Source: Podarcis tiliguerta
Lineage: Eukaryota
Length of the DNA stretch: 64,000 nt
Strand: one strand, 5' to 3'
Assembly: GCA_965153285.1 (NCBI GenBank)
Contig: OZ229111.1
Position 1 is the stretch's first letter. The number at the start of each line of letters is the position of its first letter. Positions 25,918 through 38,543 of the stretch are shown here, in pieces. A program made the position numbers and the translations under genes. The notes below the pieces were generated by a model. That model was given only the letters and a program-made list of their open reading frames with translations. It was not told the origin of the DNA and made no database searches.

Positions 25918-26751
25918 CACAGAAGGTTGTAGAGCTTTCGCCACATGCTAAATATGTGCCTCTTGACTTCTGACAGCTAAGATATTTTGTTCTGTAGGAC
26001 CCACCTGTTTTGCCAAAATTATACTGTTTTGTTCCATTTGGAACTGTTTTACTCGTTTTTATAACACTAATGCTTTTGTTTGTTTTCATAACTGTGTTTT
26101 ATAAATTGTTGTAGCCTGCCATTGGGCCTTCTAATAAAGGGCAGGTAAAAAATCTAATAAATAAACAAGCCTTGTGTGGATAAGTATTTCATTCTGCGAA
26201 CTGCCCTGAGATCTTTTGAGGAGGTATAGAAATCTAATATATAATAGTAATAATAAATAATACAAGTAATAACCAAGTCCCATTTTCTAACAAAACAGGG
26301 CCTCTCTGGAACAGTTAGCACTTTTGTGCTGCTTAGCACTATTGTCTGGGCAGCCGTTTGTAGATACTTTGATTCTATAATGTCTTTGTCTAAAATCCTA
26401 AGAAAAAGTCATTGGAAGTTGAACCTGCAGCACCTGTGTATAATAACAATGATGCCGCCACTTGTGCAGAAACCACTGAGATGATGACTATTGTATGATT
26501 TCATTGTCTCTTCCCTTTTATTGTAGTAAATATGGCAGTATGTCAGTTTGACTTCTGGGAGTAGCAGATGCTGTCAAACTGTGTGCAGAATCATAGCCAG
26601 TAGATGAATAGTCAGCTTCTAAGGTAAAAGATTGGGGAAACAAGTCCGCTCTTCCCCCTCCCTGGAAATTCTACTCATTTCCCTAATGCCTAATAATGTG
26701 GTGTCCCTGGTGCTAATGGATGATTCTTAGCTTGCACTCTGAAACTGCTTG

Positions 26752-26777
26752 TTTTCCTTGACTGATTTCCTGTGCAC
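26752..26777 (+). other. U12-type (minor spliceosome) branch point and AC 3' splice site of intron 1
   Basis: TTTTCCTTGAC (consensus TTCCTTRAC) with the branch A at 26761, 16 nt before the terminal AC at 26776-26777. There is no AG at the junction required by the protein sequence. Confidence 0.9.
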
Positions 26778-26889
26778 CTGGTTTGAAAGAGTCAGCATGC
26801 TGGTAATTCTCCTGAACTGTGTCACTCTGGGCATGTTCCACCCTTGTGAAGATATGGGCTGTGACTCCCCACGCTGCAAGATTCTTCAG
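26778..26889 (+). CDS. CACNA1G: CACNA1G (Cav3.1) exon 2, repeat I S1
   Basis: Encodes [37 protein letters not shown]. The acceptor is U12-type (...TGCAC|C TGG) and the donor is CAG|GTAAAG. 112 nt, phase 2 to phase 0. Confidence 0.95.
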
Positions 26890-27178
26890 GTAAAGACTTT
26901 TTTTTTCATTTTAAGAAAACCAGGTTATTTCTTGTTTGACATAACATAGCATGTGGGAGGAACTATAGTTCAAGTGACTGAGCACATGCACACAGGGTCC
27001 CAGGGCCAGCTCTTGGCACCTGCAGCTAGAAGTATCCCGTTAGAAAGTGCATCATTTTGGGCTTAATCAGTAAAAATTAATCATAAGATCAGGAAAGCTT
27101 ACTTAAAATGCCTGCTGAAATGAAATGACTACGGTTAGATCCCCACCACCCATTTGAAGCATGTGACTTCATCTAGGG

Positions 27179-27372
27179 CAGAGCTTTCCAAACTGTGTGT
27201 CAGGACATGTTAGTGTGTCGACTGCAGTGTGTAGGTGTATCTTCTGAACGCTCCCCACACTCTTCCTGGGGCTGGAAAGGGGTTAGTTTAACCTCCGGTT
27301 TGCTAGTAAAACTGAATTACTGTGTCACGAAATGATGGTGTGTCGCCAACATGAAAAGTTTGGAAAGCTCTG
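27179..27372. mobile_element. hAT-Charlie MITE in intron 2
   Basis: Perfect TIR CAGAGCTTTCCAAAC / GTTTGGAAAGCTCTG. TSD ATCTAGGG / GTCTAGAG, an NTCTAGAN-type target. Confidence 0.88.
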
Positions 27373-28747
27373 GTCTAGAGAATCTTGGGCGCTGTAATTG
27401 TAGCTAGCGGTTGTAGCTGTGTGATGGGTAGACTACAGTCCTTATGATTCTTTGAGGGAAGCAATGGCTATTTCAAGTGGTATAAATGTGCTTCAAATGT
27501 GGCAGTGTGAAAATGTAAGCTTTTCTGATTTTTTAATGGTTAATTTTAACCAGTTTTATCTTTTGTATTTGTTTTGTAACCTCATCAGATGCCATTTAGG
27601 AATTAAGCAATATATTACATTTAATGACATTAAGTTAAAATATATAGGAAAGTCATCTGCCTGAGATAGCTGCCACCAATCCTGGTCTAGTTGGACCCAC
27701 AGTCTTAGCTAGTTTAATGTAGCTTCTTGTGTTCCATGATTTCAGGAAAGTGCTTGTTAGGGGAGATCCATACCATAAATTTAAAACATATGACTTTCCC
27801 CCAAGAATCCTGGAAACAGTAGTCTGTTAAAGTGGGTCAGAATTGTAGCCTTACAAAGGAGAAACTACAGTTCCCATGGTTCTTTGGAGGTTGCCATGTG
27901 CTTTAAATGTGCATTTAATGTCTTAGAGGTAATCCAACCAACTCCATTGCCTTTGCCATAAAGAAGAATGAATCTGCTTACTGGGTATGCCCTACCACCC
28001 TTTGAGGGTTCTCTGTGTGCAAAGCTTTCTGTTTCACATGATGGTTTTTTGGGTTAAGGGTGTGTGTCTTGGTTGCATGGAAATTGACCCTTTGTATCAA
28101 AGGTCCAAGTTGGGAAACATTGGGTGAAAATTAAGTGGAAGGGATGCTGAAAAACCAACACATGTTTCAGAAATAAGCAGAGAAACAAGAACTAGAATTC
28201 AGCACCCAGCACTGTGTTGTTGTGGTGTGTTGTTTGGGGGGGTGTACCCTGATAAATGAATTTTACCCTATTCGGATTCTGAAAAAGGAACAGAGGTCAC
28301 CAGTTCCACTGGAGGAATTCTTCACATCGCCACAAAAATGGGGCAGTTTGAAATAAGAAAGGGCAGCTAATTCAAATTTATTCAGATGTTGGCTTCTTGC
28401 TAAGGAAATCTGGTCCTGGTCAACAGACGTACAGCTGGTTGGAGATGCTATTTTTCAGCCACTTCTGGACCTTGACATCAGGAGGTGTTCAGCCACATTA
28501 TGATATAGCTCTGTTCCCTTTGCATACTCTTGCTGCTGTGAGTAAAATGGCCATCTCCCCAGTCTTGCATTTGCAGACTGGTTTTGAATAACAGTCCTAC
28601 CTGTTGGAGAAATGAAGAATGTGTGGGGTGAGGTCCTCATTTGGTTAGGTTGGAGGTCAAGTCCCTTAGATGGTGAACTGTCTCCAATTAAGCACTTGGA
28701 TCTTTGCCATAGGATGCACCTCCTCATCCTGCTCCTTTATCTTCCAG

Positions 28748-28881
28748 AGCTTTGATGATTTTATCTTTGCCTTCTTTGCTGTGGAAATGATCATCAAGAT
28801 GGTTGCACTAGGGATTTTCGGGAAGAAATGTTACCTGGGAGACACATGGAACCGTCTGGATTTTTTCATTGTCCTGGCTGG
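28748..28881 (+). CDS. CACNA1G: CACNA1G exon 3, repeat I S2-S3
   Basis: Encodes [45 protein letters not shown]. Polypyrimidine-CAG acceptor and GG|GTAAGT donor; 134 nt. Confidence 0.96.
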
Positions 28882-29665
28882 GTAAGTCAGACATTAGTTC
28901 TCAAACAAAGGGCAACTTTCTTGCTAACAGCAGCTGAGGCTAACTAATCCCCAGCTGAGACATTCATTACTGTGTATGTTTTCTCATTTTTAGTAAGTGT
29001 ACAAAGTAGCTGAGAATGTATGTAGAAAGCTTTTACTTAACAGTGTACCTAAATGCTGTCTATAACCCCAAGTTTCCAGTTGCGAAATGCTACTTTTAGA
29101 TGTTTTGAGATATGCAGTGCCGATAGCAAAAACACCAGGAAGCTGATGATTTATGCCCGTTTAAATTTATGGTACAGATGTGTCTGAACATTTTCTGAAC
29201 TGTTTTCTGTTACATTTTCTGTTACTCTGTGACATTAGACACACTACAAATGTCTTACTAGAGATTTATGAAGTGTTTCATAAGCTCTTGCCAAGGTTTG
29301 CATTATTATTATTTTTAAACTTTGAAGAATTTTCTGGGTTTCCGACTTGAAAGCAATTCCTCTGCCCTTTTGATACCAAAGGCCTAAGAGTTGTTTATAA
29401 GAACTTGTGGACGTGGAATATGCAGGATGAGGATATTGTTAGGATCCAGGTGCAAAGAGAAGAAAGCTGTGTTGTGAACCAAACAAATGTTGCCAGTTCA
29501 AATTCTACCCATGTCATACTGTAATTTTTCCAAGACTGTGCATCTATGCAGGTTTTTCTTTTTCGTAACACATCTCCTGTTTCTGGATGTCTAAGTACAT
29601 GCTGAGTGGCAGATTTGGGGCACCCATTTTAAGAGCAGGAGTGTAGATAATGGATCAGATACAAA

Positions 29666-31079
29666 TAATAATAATAATAATAAATTTTATTTATACCCCG
29701 CCCTCCCCAGCCAAAGCCGGGCTCAGGGCGGCTAACAACAATAAAAACAATCCGACATTCTAAAAACTTTCCACCATAAAATCAATCAGAAACAAATTGA
29801 TGGCAACCAGCAAGCAGGACCCTGTGCAGATTGCCAGAGGAGGGGGTCAGGCTGCGCCCTGGCCAAAGGCCTGGTGGAACAGCTCTGTCTTACAGGCCCT
29901 GCGGAAAGATGTCAAGTCCCGAAGGGCCCTAGTCTCTTGTGACAGAGCGTTCCACCAGATTGGTGCCACAGCCGAGAAAGCTCTGGCTCTAGTTGAGGCC
30001 AGCCTAACCTCTCTGAGGCCTGGGACCTTCAGGATGTTTTTATTTGCAGACCGTAGGTTTCTCTGTGGGGCATACCAGGAGAGGCGGTCCCGCAGGTACG
30101 AGGGTCCTAGGCCGTGTAGGGCTTTAAAGGTTAAAACCAGCACCTTAAACCTGATCCTGTACTCCACCGGGAGCCAGTGCAGCTGATATAGTACTGGATG
30201 AATGTGATCTCGCAGTGACGACCCCATAAGGAGTCTCGCTGCGGCATTCTGCACCCGTTGGAGTTTCTGGGTCAGTCTCAAGGGCAGCCCCACGTAGAGC
30301 GAGTTACAATAATCCAGTCTGGAGGTGACCGTCGCGTGGATCACAGTGGCTAGGTCAGGGCGAGAGAGATAAGGAGCCAACTGCTTAGCTTGGCGGAGAT
30401 GAAAAAAAGCCGCCTTTGTTATAGCTGTAATCTGCGCCTCCATAGAGAGGGAGGTATCGAAGATTACACCCAAACTCTTAACGGACGATGCTGGCACTAG
30501 TTGCACCCCCGCAAGAGATGGGAGTTGCCCCCTCAATCCCATATCGCCCCGTCCCAGCCAGAGGACCTCTGTCTTCGAAGGATTTAACTTCAACCGGCTC
30601 CCACGAAACCATCCAGCCACAGCTTCCAGGCATCTGGTCAGTGTGTCTGGGGCCGAGTCAGGATGGCCATCCATCAACAGATAGAGTTGGGTGTCATCAG
30701 CATACTGATGGCAGCCCAGCCCAAAACTCCGGACAAGCTGGGCGAGGGGGCGCATAAAGATGTTAAAAAGCATCGGAGAGAGAATCGCACCCTGAGGCAC
30801 TCCACACACCAGGGAGTGGCGCGATGACAATTCCCCCCCAAGCGCCACCCTCTGTCCCCGACCAGAGAGAAACGAGCGCAGCCATTGAAGGACTGTGCCC
30901 TGGATCCCCACGTCGGCAAGGCGGTGGTCCAGGAGTTCGTGATCGACCATGTCGAAGGCTGCTGACAGGTCTAGAAGAATCAGCAGCCCCGACCCGCCTC
31001 GATCCAGCTGCCTGCGGAGATCATCTGTTAGGGCGACCAGAGCCGTCTCGGTCCCATGACCAGCGCGGAAGCCGGTCAT
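29666..31079 (-). mobile_element. Young 5'-truncated L2-clade LINE (RT C-terminal ORF, 3'UTR, (TAT)n tail)
   Basis: Uninterrupted 410-codon ORF at 29847-31079 with GFRAGHGTETAL, LLDLSAAFD, GVPQGAILSP, YADD, LNPSKTE and LHWLP motifs. CpG-rich, with direct repeat GATACAAA at 29658-29665 and 31080-31087. Confidence 0.95.
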
Positions 31080-31464
31080 GATACAAAGTGTATCAAGAAG
31101 TTCCTCACAAGTCTAGTCGTGCAGTTAGGTAGTTTAAGACTCTGGATTTGCTGTCTGCCTCCATCATTAGATAGTAATGTGTATTCACTTGCTTCAGAAT
31201 GTCTGGAGCAAGTCATGCTGCATTTGTGGGGACTCGGCTGCCCTGACAGCATCACTGATCAAGTTCCACTGCATAGTCCCTTGTTCAATTTCAATGGGGC
31301 TTGGTCAGGAGAACCTTCCATTGGGTTGCAAGCAGAAGGTTTCGGGCACAATCCCTGGCATCTCTATTTGAAAAGGATCTTGGGTAGTAGGGATGGGCTA
31401 GACCTGCCCAAAGAGGGTTCCTCGAGAGCTGCAGCCAATCAAAGTAGATTGTCATGGCCTAGAT

Positions 31465-31595
31465 CAGTGCTCTTCAACCTTGGGTCCCCATATGTTGTTG
31501 GACTTCAACTCCCATCATCCCCAGTCAGCTTTAGCCTGGGGGTGATGGGAGTTGGAGTCCAAAAATATCTGGGCATCTAAGGCTAAAGAATTCTG
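31465..31595. mobile_element. Palindromic hAT MITE (decayed)
   Basis: AACTCCCATCATCCC / GGGGTGATGGGAGTT core; TSD GCCTAGAT / GCCTAGCG. Confidence 0.75.
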
Positions 31596-33298
31596 GCCTA
31601 GCGAGACCAATGATATGTATTGGTATAATGCTCATCATGACAATGGGAAGGAGTCGCCATTGGATTTTCTGCCCAAGAGAGCAAAATGTCTTTGCGCAGC
31701 ACTGCCAAGATATGCAGATACCTCATTCCTTTTTCGGCACTTCAGATGGCTTCTTTGTGTGTGCTGAGATCATCCAGAAATTCATGTGTGGGAGGAAACA
31801 TCCTTGGGCAGTGGTCCACCGTCATATCATTACCAGATTAGAAGAGCAACTGAATGAGCACTGTAAACAAAAGCATGACATCAGCAGAGTCCCCACCACC
31901 ACTCGTCCCATGTGCCTTACTTGACACGTGCTGTACAAGCAGTACAAACCACACTCCTGTCCACCCACTGTGGTGTCCCCAGATTTCTGCGGCACTCACA
32001 GTGTTAAGTTTTGCAGACGGCAGCAACAAAGGAATGCCACAAAACCCCGCTTTCCTTTGTTCCCTGCCAGCCTGTGTGCTGCTTTCCATACTGTAAGGTC
32101 TTTTGCTCCACAGATTTGGGCGGACTCAGCTGGCATTCTGCTCAAGTATTTTCTCTGGCTCCAGAAATATTGGTAGTCTCAGTTTCATGCAGATTGTCCA
32201 AATGGATGAGGTTTCAGCAAGTTTGTTTAAAGCATGGAGGCTGTGTTCCAAAAAGGGAATATTTTAGTCAAAATGTGCGTGATTGCCCTTTTGTTTTGAG
32301 GGAACGAAACCAAGTTTTTGCCTTTCATGAAGTGTTTTTCTTTCAGAGGCACCTGGTTTAAATTAAAGGCTCTTTCTAGCACCCGAGAATCTCCTGGCTG
32401 AGGCTTGAAATCCACATGAAACGTTCCTGGCCTGCAGCCAGGAAACGGGTTAAGTTTCCTTGACACATAAAGAGCTTGGAGGCTCTCCCCTCACCTTCCT
32501 ATTCATAAAGAGTGCCCAGAGTCTATTAGGGTTCTGCCCCTACTCCCACACACCCCTCCCATATAATTAACTGGAATTTCCTGGAATGGACTGGAGGATT
32601 CTAGAAATAAACCACAACGGCAGCGTTTTTCCAGGTTAGGAAGTCAGCAGCAAGAGTTCTCCCAGGCTACTAGAAGGTGCCATGCTGTTGTTCTTTTTTT
32701 TCTAGAGTGTTGGGTGCATGTAAAACTACTGCCACTACTAATAAAATAGCATTTGTGTAGTTCTGCACTTAAGTGTCTTCAAAGCATTTCACATACATTA
32801 TTTCAGTAATCCTTATAACAGGACCTGTAAAGGAGGTTGGTAGTTTTCTCTCTACATTGCACATGGCTCGATGGGTGGGGCTAAAGAAAAGTGCCACTGG
32901 CTTGCTTAAAGCCATCTAGACCACATGGGGAATGGGATGCAGAATGAGAGATTTGAATTGGGAAGTGTCGCAACTCACATTCCTAACCATCGTAGTGCAT
33001 TAGCTCTATTCTCACCCTTCTACTCCCGGTATACCACATATGGTTTTTCACAGAGTGCTAAAACACCCTACCCTAAGAATAACAAGTTTCACATTCTAGA
33101 TTTGAATGTGGGTCTATTCCAGCTGAGGTGAGACTTCCCTGTTGAACCTCAGACACTAATTAAGATTTAAAAAAAACAACAACCCAGCAGACTTTTAAAC
33201 TGAATTCTGCTTATATAGTTTTAACTCCTTTTTAGTCTTATTGTATTGGGTCCCCTGTACACCACTTAGAGACGACTGTGATTAAGTGGTATATAAGC

Positions 33299-33434
33299 TA
33301 GGCCTAGGCAAACTCCAGCCCTCCAGATGTTTGGGACTACAATTCCCATCATCCCTAGCTAATAGGACCAGAGGTCAGGGATGATGGGAATTGTAGTCCC
33401 AAACATCTGGAGGGCCGGAGTTTGTCTATGCCTG
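33299..33434 (-). mobile_element. Palindromic hAT MITE (young)
   Basis: About 57-bp arms, near-perfect; TSD ATATAAGC (33291-33298, 33435-33442). Confidence 0.93.
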
Positions 33435-33669
33435 ATATAAGCTAATAAACAAAAGGTGCAGTGGAGGCCACCCAGCATTCATCAGAGGAGTCTCAGAGAA
33501 GGAAGTATGTTCTGCGTCTGGGGGGGGCGGGTTGTTCAGCAATAGCAAAAGCAGCAATAGTGAGCTTTTGGCAGCTCTCCTCAGATGCCTCCTGCTTGGG
33601 CACCAGTTATCCAGTGAGCAGGGCTTATAGTGACTGCGCACCACCAGGGCTTTCTTCTGCTGTCATTTA

Positions 33670-33867
33670 AGTAATCTGGTGAACTGGGTTCGCGTCTCCG
33701 CTCCTCCACATGCAGCGGCTGGGTGACCTTGGGCTAGTCACACTTCTCTGAAGTCTCTCAGCCCCACTCACCTCACAGAGTGTTTGTTGTGGGGGAGGAA
33801 GGGAAAGGAGGTTGTTAGCCACTTTGAGACTCCTTCGGGTAGTGATAAAGCAGGATATCAAATCCAA

Positions 33868-33898
<31 letters not shown>

Positions 33899-33932
33899 CT
33901 TCTTCTTCTTCTTCTTCTTCTTCTTCTTCTTC
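33670..33932 (+). mobile_element. 5'-truncated CORE-type SINE with an L2-like tail and (CTT)n (Squam3-like)
   Basis: GCTGGGTGACCTTGGGCTAGTCAC CORE-like block. The 3' end TGTTAGCCACTTTGAG...GCAGGATATCAAAT resembles the L2 tail. (TTC)n at 33869-33932. Confidence 0.8.
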
Positions 33933-34273
33933 ACCAGAAGGTTGCTGCAGGTTGGCATGCTTTCTTCTGAACAAGGGTGCAACTGCAGCTTTCCTTGGCC
34001 CGTTCCCGATGTTATGTAGCGCTGCCTGTATAGATTGTTTTCAGTAACGGCCTGCCATCAAATGACACTTGCATATTAAGTAGAATAGGCTGAATGCTAT
34101 ATCAAAGCTTTGCTTTAAAGGACAGGCAGATGGACATTTAAAAAATCTGACATCTTTTGTGGACTTCAGTAGAGATGAGAAGCATAAACAAAGCACCCAC
34201 TTTGTTAGATAAGGGGTTTTTATTTGGGTCTTAAAATGAGGCTGCCAAACTCTTGTCCCTATCCTGTACTATT

Positions 34274-34409
34274 CAGGGATGGAGAAACTGTGGCCCTCCA
34301 GATGTTGAGCTATCAACTCCTATCAGCCCCAGCCAGCATAACCAATGGTCAGGGATGATGGGAGTTGCAGTCCAACAACATTTGGAGGGCCACAGGTTCT
34401 CCATTCCTG
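34274..34409. mobile_element. Palindromic hAT MITE
   Basis: CAGGGATGGAGAAACTGTGGCCCTCCAGATGTTG / CAACATTTGGAGGGCCACAGGTTCTCCATTCCTG. Confidence 0.85.
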
Positions 34410-37400
34410 TTTTAAATAAGTTTGTTTTATGAAACCCCTGAAAGGCTGCTTTTCCCTCACTGCACAATAAGATTTGTCAGGCTTCCTAGAAAGATATTGC
34501 CAAGATTTTCTGGGCATTTGTTAACTTTGGCTAAGCTCTGAGGCTCAGATGATGGGCTGAATGTGTAGCAGGGAAAGCAGAATGAGACTTCCTGCTGTTT
34601 TGATCAGCTTTATAGCTTGGAACCAGTAACGTCATTATTATTATTATTATTATTTATTAATTATCATCATCATTTATCTTAATTTATTTAACAGGGCAAA
34701 CCCAACCACATTTTGGGGTGAGGCTTGCTTCTCCTGAGCAAAAACTTAATTAAATGGAATCTGGGGGTATTCATATTATGTCCCTGTATGTCAGAGCAAA
34801 TCTGTAGATACTAGGTATGGCTAGCTGAACTTGCATTCAGGCACATGCTACCCTGGGGAGGCCCAGTTGCATCACTGTAACTATGAGGATGCAGCTCACA
34901 AGCTCCAAGTTGTCCCTGGGGGGAAATCTTGAAGAATGCAGAGCAGATTTGTGAGCGTCTGTGTTCTTATCCAGAATCTATGTTGCATTGCTCTTTTTCT
35001 CACCGATGCATTCTGAGAGTCGCGTGCAAAGAAGACAGCATGTAATTCTGAACATGTGTTAAGCTGGCTGAGTTGAAACCCAGCCTAGGCTTCCCTCCTA
35101 TGCTTTCACTTGGCCAATTTAACGCAGTCTAATAACATCTGCAGTCTTTTCTTCTTGCCAGGCTTTTGGGGCCGATTAGAATGTGCTTAGAAAAGCCCTT
35201 CTAACGTACCTTTCAAAGGCCAGTCTGGACAAAATCTTCCTCGGGGTTATCCCCAGTTTGCTTTCGGTAATGATCCTTGCCTGGAGTAGCAGTTTGGCTG
35301 CCTCAGCGGAGACTCTCAAAGATGAACAGCCAAGAGCCTGGAAGTTGGGAAATGACAGACAGGAGGGATTTGGGGTAGTGAAGAGGGGATGGAGCTTGTA
35401 GGGTTGTAATTGCACCATTTATTTTGATGGTAGTTCACCCAGAAATCTGAGACATTTTTATAGCTTCTTCCTGCTTGAAGTTGTCATGTACTGAGCTGTT
35501 CTGTTCTGCGGGTAGGTGAGGTGTTTAAAGGGCTGGAGACAGACAGGTGTGTATCGCCCACCCCTGTATTGTTAAAGGCAGCATGAAAGAAAGAGCTCTA
35601 TTTGCATTCATCCCATTTGTTTCTAGTAAACAGGTTTTGTGTGGTTACAAAACCTGCAAAAACTATTTGACCAGAGGCAACAGTTGAACAAAAGAAATGT
35701 ATGTGTCTGGGAAGATACGCCTTTCTCAAAATCAACCCTATTCTTGGTCTCCAGCTGCAGATGAGATTTGCCGGCTCTGCAGGAAGATGACTACCAGGAG
35801 AGCCTATGCACAACTGTCAATCGCAGCAACTTAGTATTTATCTGGTTTTAATTTGAAAAGTACTCTGCAAAACCTTCTTCTCTTGTAAGAATCTTGTGTG
35901 GTCAAAATTACCGTATTCCCATTTTGTAGAAGGGGAAGATCCTGGTTCCATTTCTCTAACCACTGTTCATTATCTGATTAATCTTCTCTGGGGCTAACAT
36001 GATGGCATTATTTGTCCAAACAATTAAACTATCTGAATGTGAACCGTTTCCATTACATTGCCTCTTGATTAGTTTTATTCATTTTAATAACTGGAGAAGA
36101 ATATAATGTAAAAATCCATATTGAAGGTGAAATGACATGTTATCTTACCATAGCTTATTCAATTTTAGGGTAGGGTTCCATATCGGGCTTGCAAAGGAGG
36201 CTGTAGACATGGTTTCATAAGGGTTTCATCTGAGGTTTCAGACCAGATCTACAGCTTGGGGAGGCTTCTGGGAAGAGGGTTATTTTGAAGACTGGGGGCA
36301 TCTGCCTAGCGTATGTTTCAAGGATGGTGGACATGTGGTCCTCCAGTTGCTGCTGGACTACTACTCCCATCATCTCTGACCATTGGTTGGGGCTGATGGG
36401 ATTTGGAGTCCGGCAGCAGCACTTTCTAACTCAGTGTTTTGAAGATGCATCAATAGCTGCCTACACCCACTGTCATTTGTCATGTGTTGTCTGCAAAAAA
36501 AAAATGCATGAAAGCCCTTGTAGTGAGTCCCAGCTTGAAGGGTATTTGGGGTTCATTTTATATATATATATATATATATAAACTATATAACAAAATTTCC
36601 TTTATTCAGACAGTGACACAATCCCAGTGCCATTTCTGGGCCAGGTCTTCACAGCTCTGCAGGCATATGGGCATAAGACTTTTGGTCCAGACATATTAGA
36701 GCTTTGCCATTGACTTCTGCTTGATCAGCTTTGTCTCTTGCTTTAAGATTTTCCTTCTCTTTGAGTGTCTGAACTGTTCCCATCTGGCCCCTGTCAAAAG
36801 CAATCTAGCTGACAAAAGATCCATAGTTTAAATGTGAAATGAAATATCATTTCCCCCTCTCCCACTCCCCAAGCTCATTGACTTTCTCCTTTGTTTCACT
36901 GCTGAGGAGGACACAGGCCTCTTCCTTTTTCCTTTGTTAACTAAAATAGCACACCTTTCTCCATTCTAGTAAGGTACTTGTAAGGTGTTCGGAAAGTTGC
37001 ATATTTTTGTGCTTCAGATTCCCCCACCTCTGAGCCAGCAGGCAGGGAAATCTAATGGGGTGACCCAGTACTAGACTGCTTTAAAATAACATCTCTTGCA
37101 GATCTGTTGTGAGTGGGGTTTCTCCTGATAGGCTTTACTATTCCTTCCCATGCAACATCTCCACAAAGGATATCTCCCACTTCCATCTGCAGATAAGGCA
37201 GCTACATTTGAGAAGCGCAGGACCTGACATGTTGCCAGAGGTAACTAAGGATGTAACATCAGGAGAGCACTGCCCTTAATGACTGTCAGGCCAAGGCTTA
37301 TGAGGAGAAAATGTTTGTGCAAGCTAAAAAAATATCCAAGCTGTAGTAGCTGGTCCAGGCCTGGCAGAGCTTCTGTCTGTATGCAGCAGGATTTGGATCT

Positions 37401-37691
37401 AAGAACATTTCACACCTGAGGCTTTAAGCAGTTCTTGCTTCATTTCAGCTTGAAAGATGAATAGGAAACCAGCTTGGGCCAGAATGTCCATTTGCAATAC
37501 AAATGCTTCTCTCTCCTGTCTTTCTCCTTCATAATATGTTCACATAAATACAAGTGTAAGAGACTTGAGCCTCACATTTGAGGAAATGTTCCAGGCAGGG
37601 CAGCTTCCTGATCGAAAAGTCCGTTCACGGCATGGCAATCCTGCTTTCTTCCAAAGTTCTGCCTGATAACTTTTCACTTCAACCTAGACAG

Positions 37692-37830
37692 CAGTATTGT
37701 AGAACCTGTGACCGTCCCAATGTTGTTGAACTACAGCTCCCATCATCCCTTGCTCATTGACTGCTCTGGCTGTGATTGATGGGCATTAGAGTCCAACAGC
37801 ATCTGGAAGACCACAGGTTCCCATTGCCTG
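37692..37830. mobile_element. Palindromic hAT MITE (decayed)
   Basis: ACTACAGCTCCCATCATCCCT core and ATCTGGAAGACCACAGGTTCCC..CCTG end. Further decayed copies lie at about 36319-36420, 41099-41222, 49529-49660 and 54259-54388. Confidence 0.7.
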
Positions 37831-38117
37831 CTTACACAGTAAAGCTTTGTGCTTGAAAGAAAAGCACATTGATGTGGAAGAGGGGCAAAAAGTTTCACAA
37901 TAGCCTCCCCTTTACCTTTTTCCACATCCAGTTTGTGGTTCTGGTTTGGGTAATGCTACTTCCTGCTACTGTTGGACATTATTATTTCAGTACAGAAGTG
38001 CGGTTAGTAAGAGAGCACAGCTGTTGGAAGTGGAATAAGATAGAGTGATACCCAATGACTAGCATTGGTTATCACCCATGGAAAGGATTTTATTACTGCA
38101 AAAGTGGGAAAGGTTTC

Positions 38118-38160
<43 letters not shown>

Positions 38161-38223
38161 TATATATATTTATATCCCGCCCTCCCCAGCTGAAGCCGGG
38201 CTCAGAGCGGCTAACAACAATAA
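38118..38223 (-). mobile_element. Extreme 3' end of the same L2 family with an (AAT)n tail
   Basis: CCCGCCCTCCCCAGC..AAGCCGGGCTCAG.GCGGCTAACAACAATAA is nearly identical to 29695-29745. Confidence 0.85.
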
Positions 38224-38543
38224 GTGTGTGTGTGTGTGTGTGTGTGTGTGTTTCACAGTGTGCAGTGCAGCACATTATGTTTTTCCCACCTACCTACCCA
38301 TATGCACTTTTATAGCAGCTGCCTTTGGCATGTGTAATCCCAGTTTGAGATTGGGGCCACCTCCCCTCTGTTTCTCATATGCCTTTCAAGTCCATAATTA
38401 AAGGCAGCATCCAACTAGTTCATTTGGTCAGCACAAGGATTTACACTTGCGCAATGGAAGTTCCTCCCCTGCTCTCCCCATGCGTGCCCCCAGCCTTGCC
38501 AAATCTGCTCTGCAGGATTGGGGGGAAACCCTAGAACAGATTT

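Noticed and set aside
26749-26777. ORF-track N-terminus [10 protein letters not shown]
   Set aside because: This is the U12 branch and acceptor region, not coding sequence.
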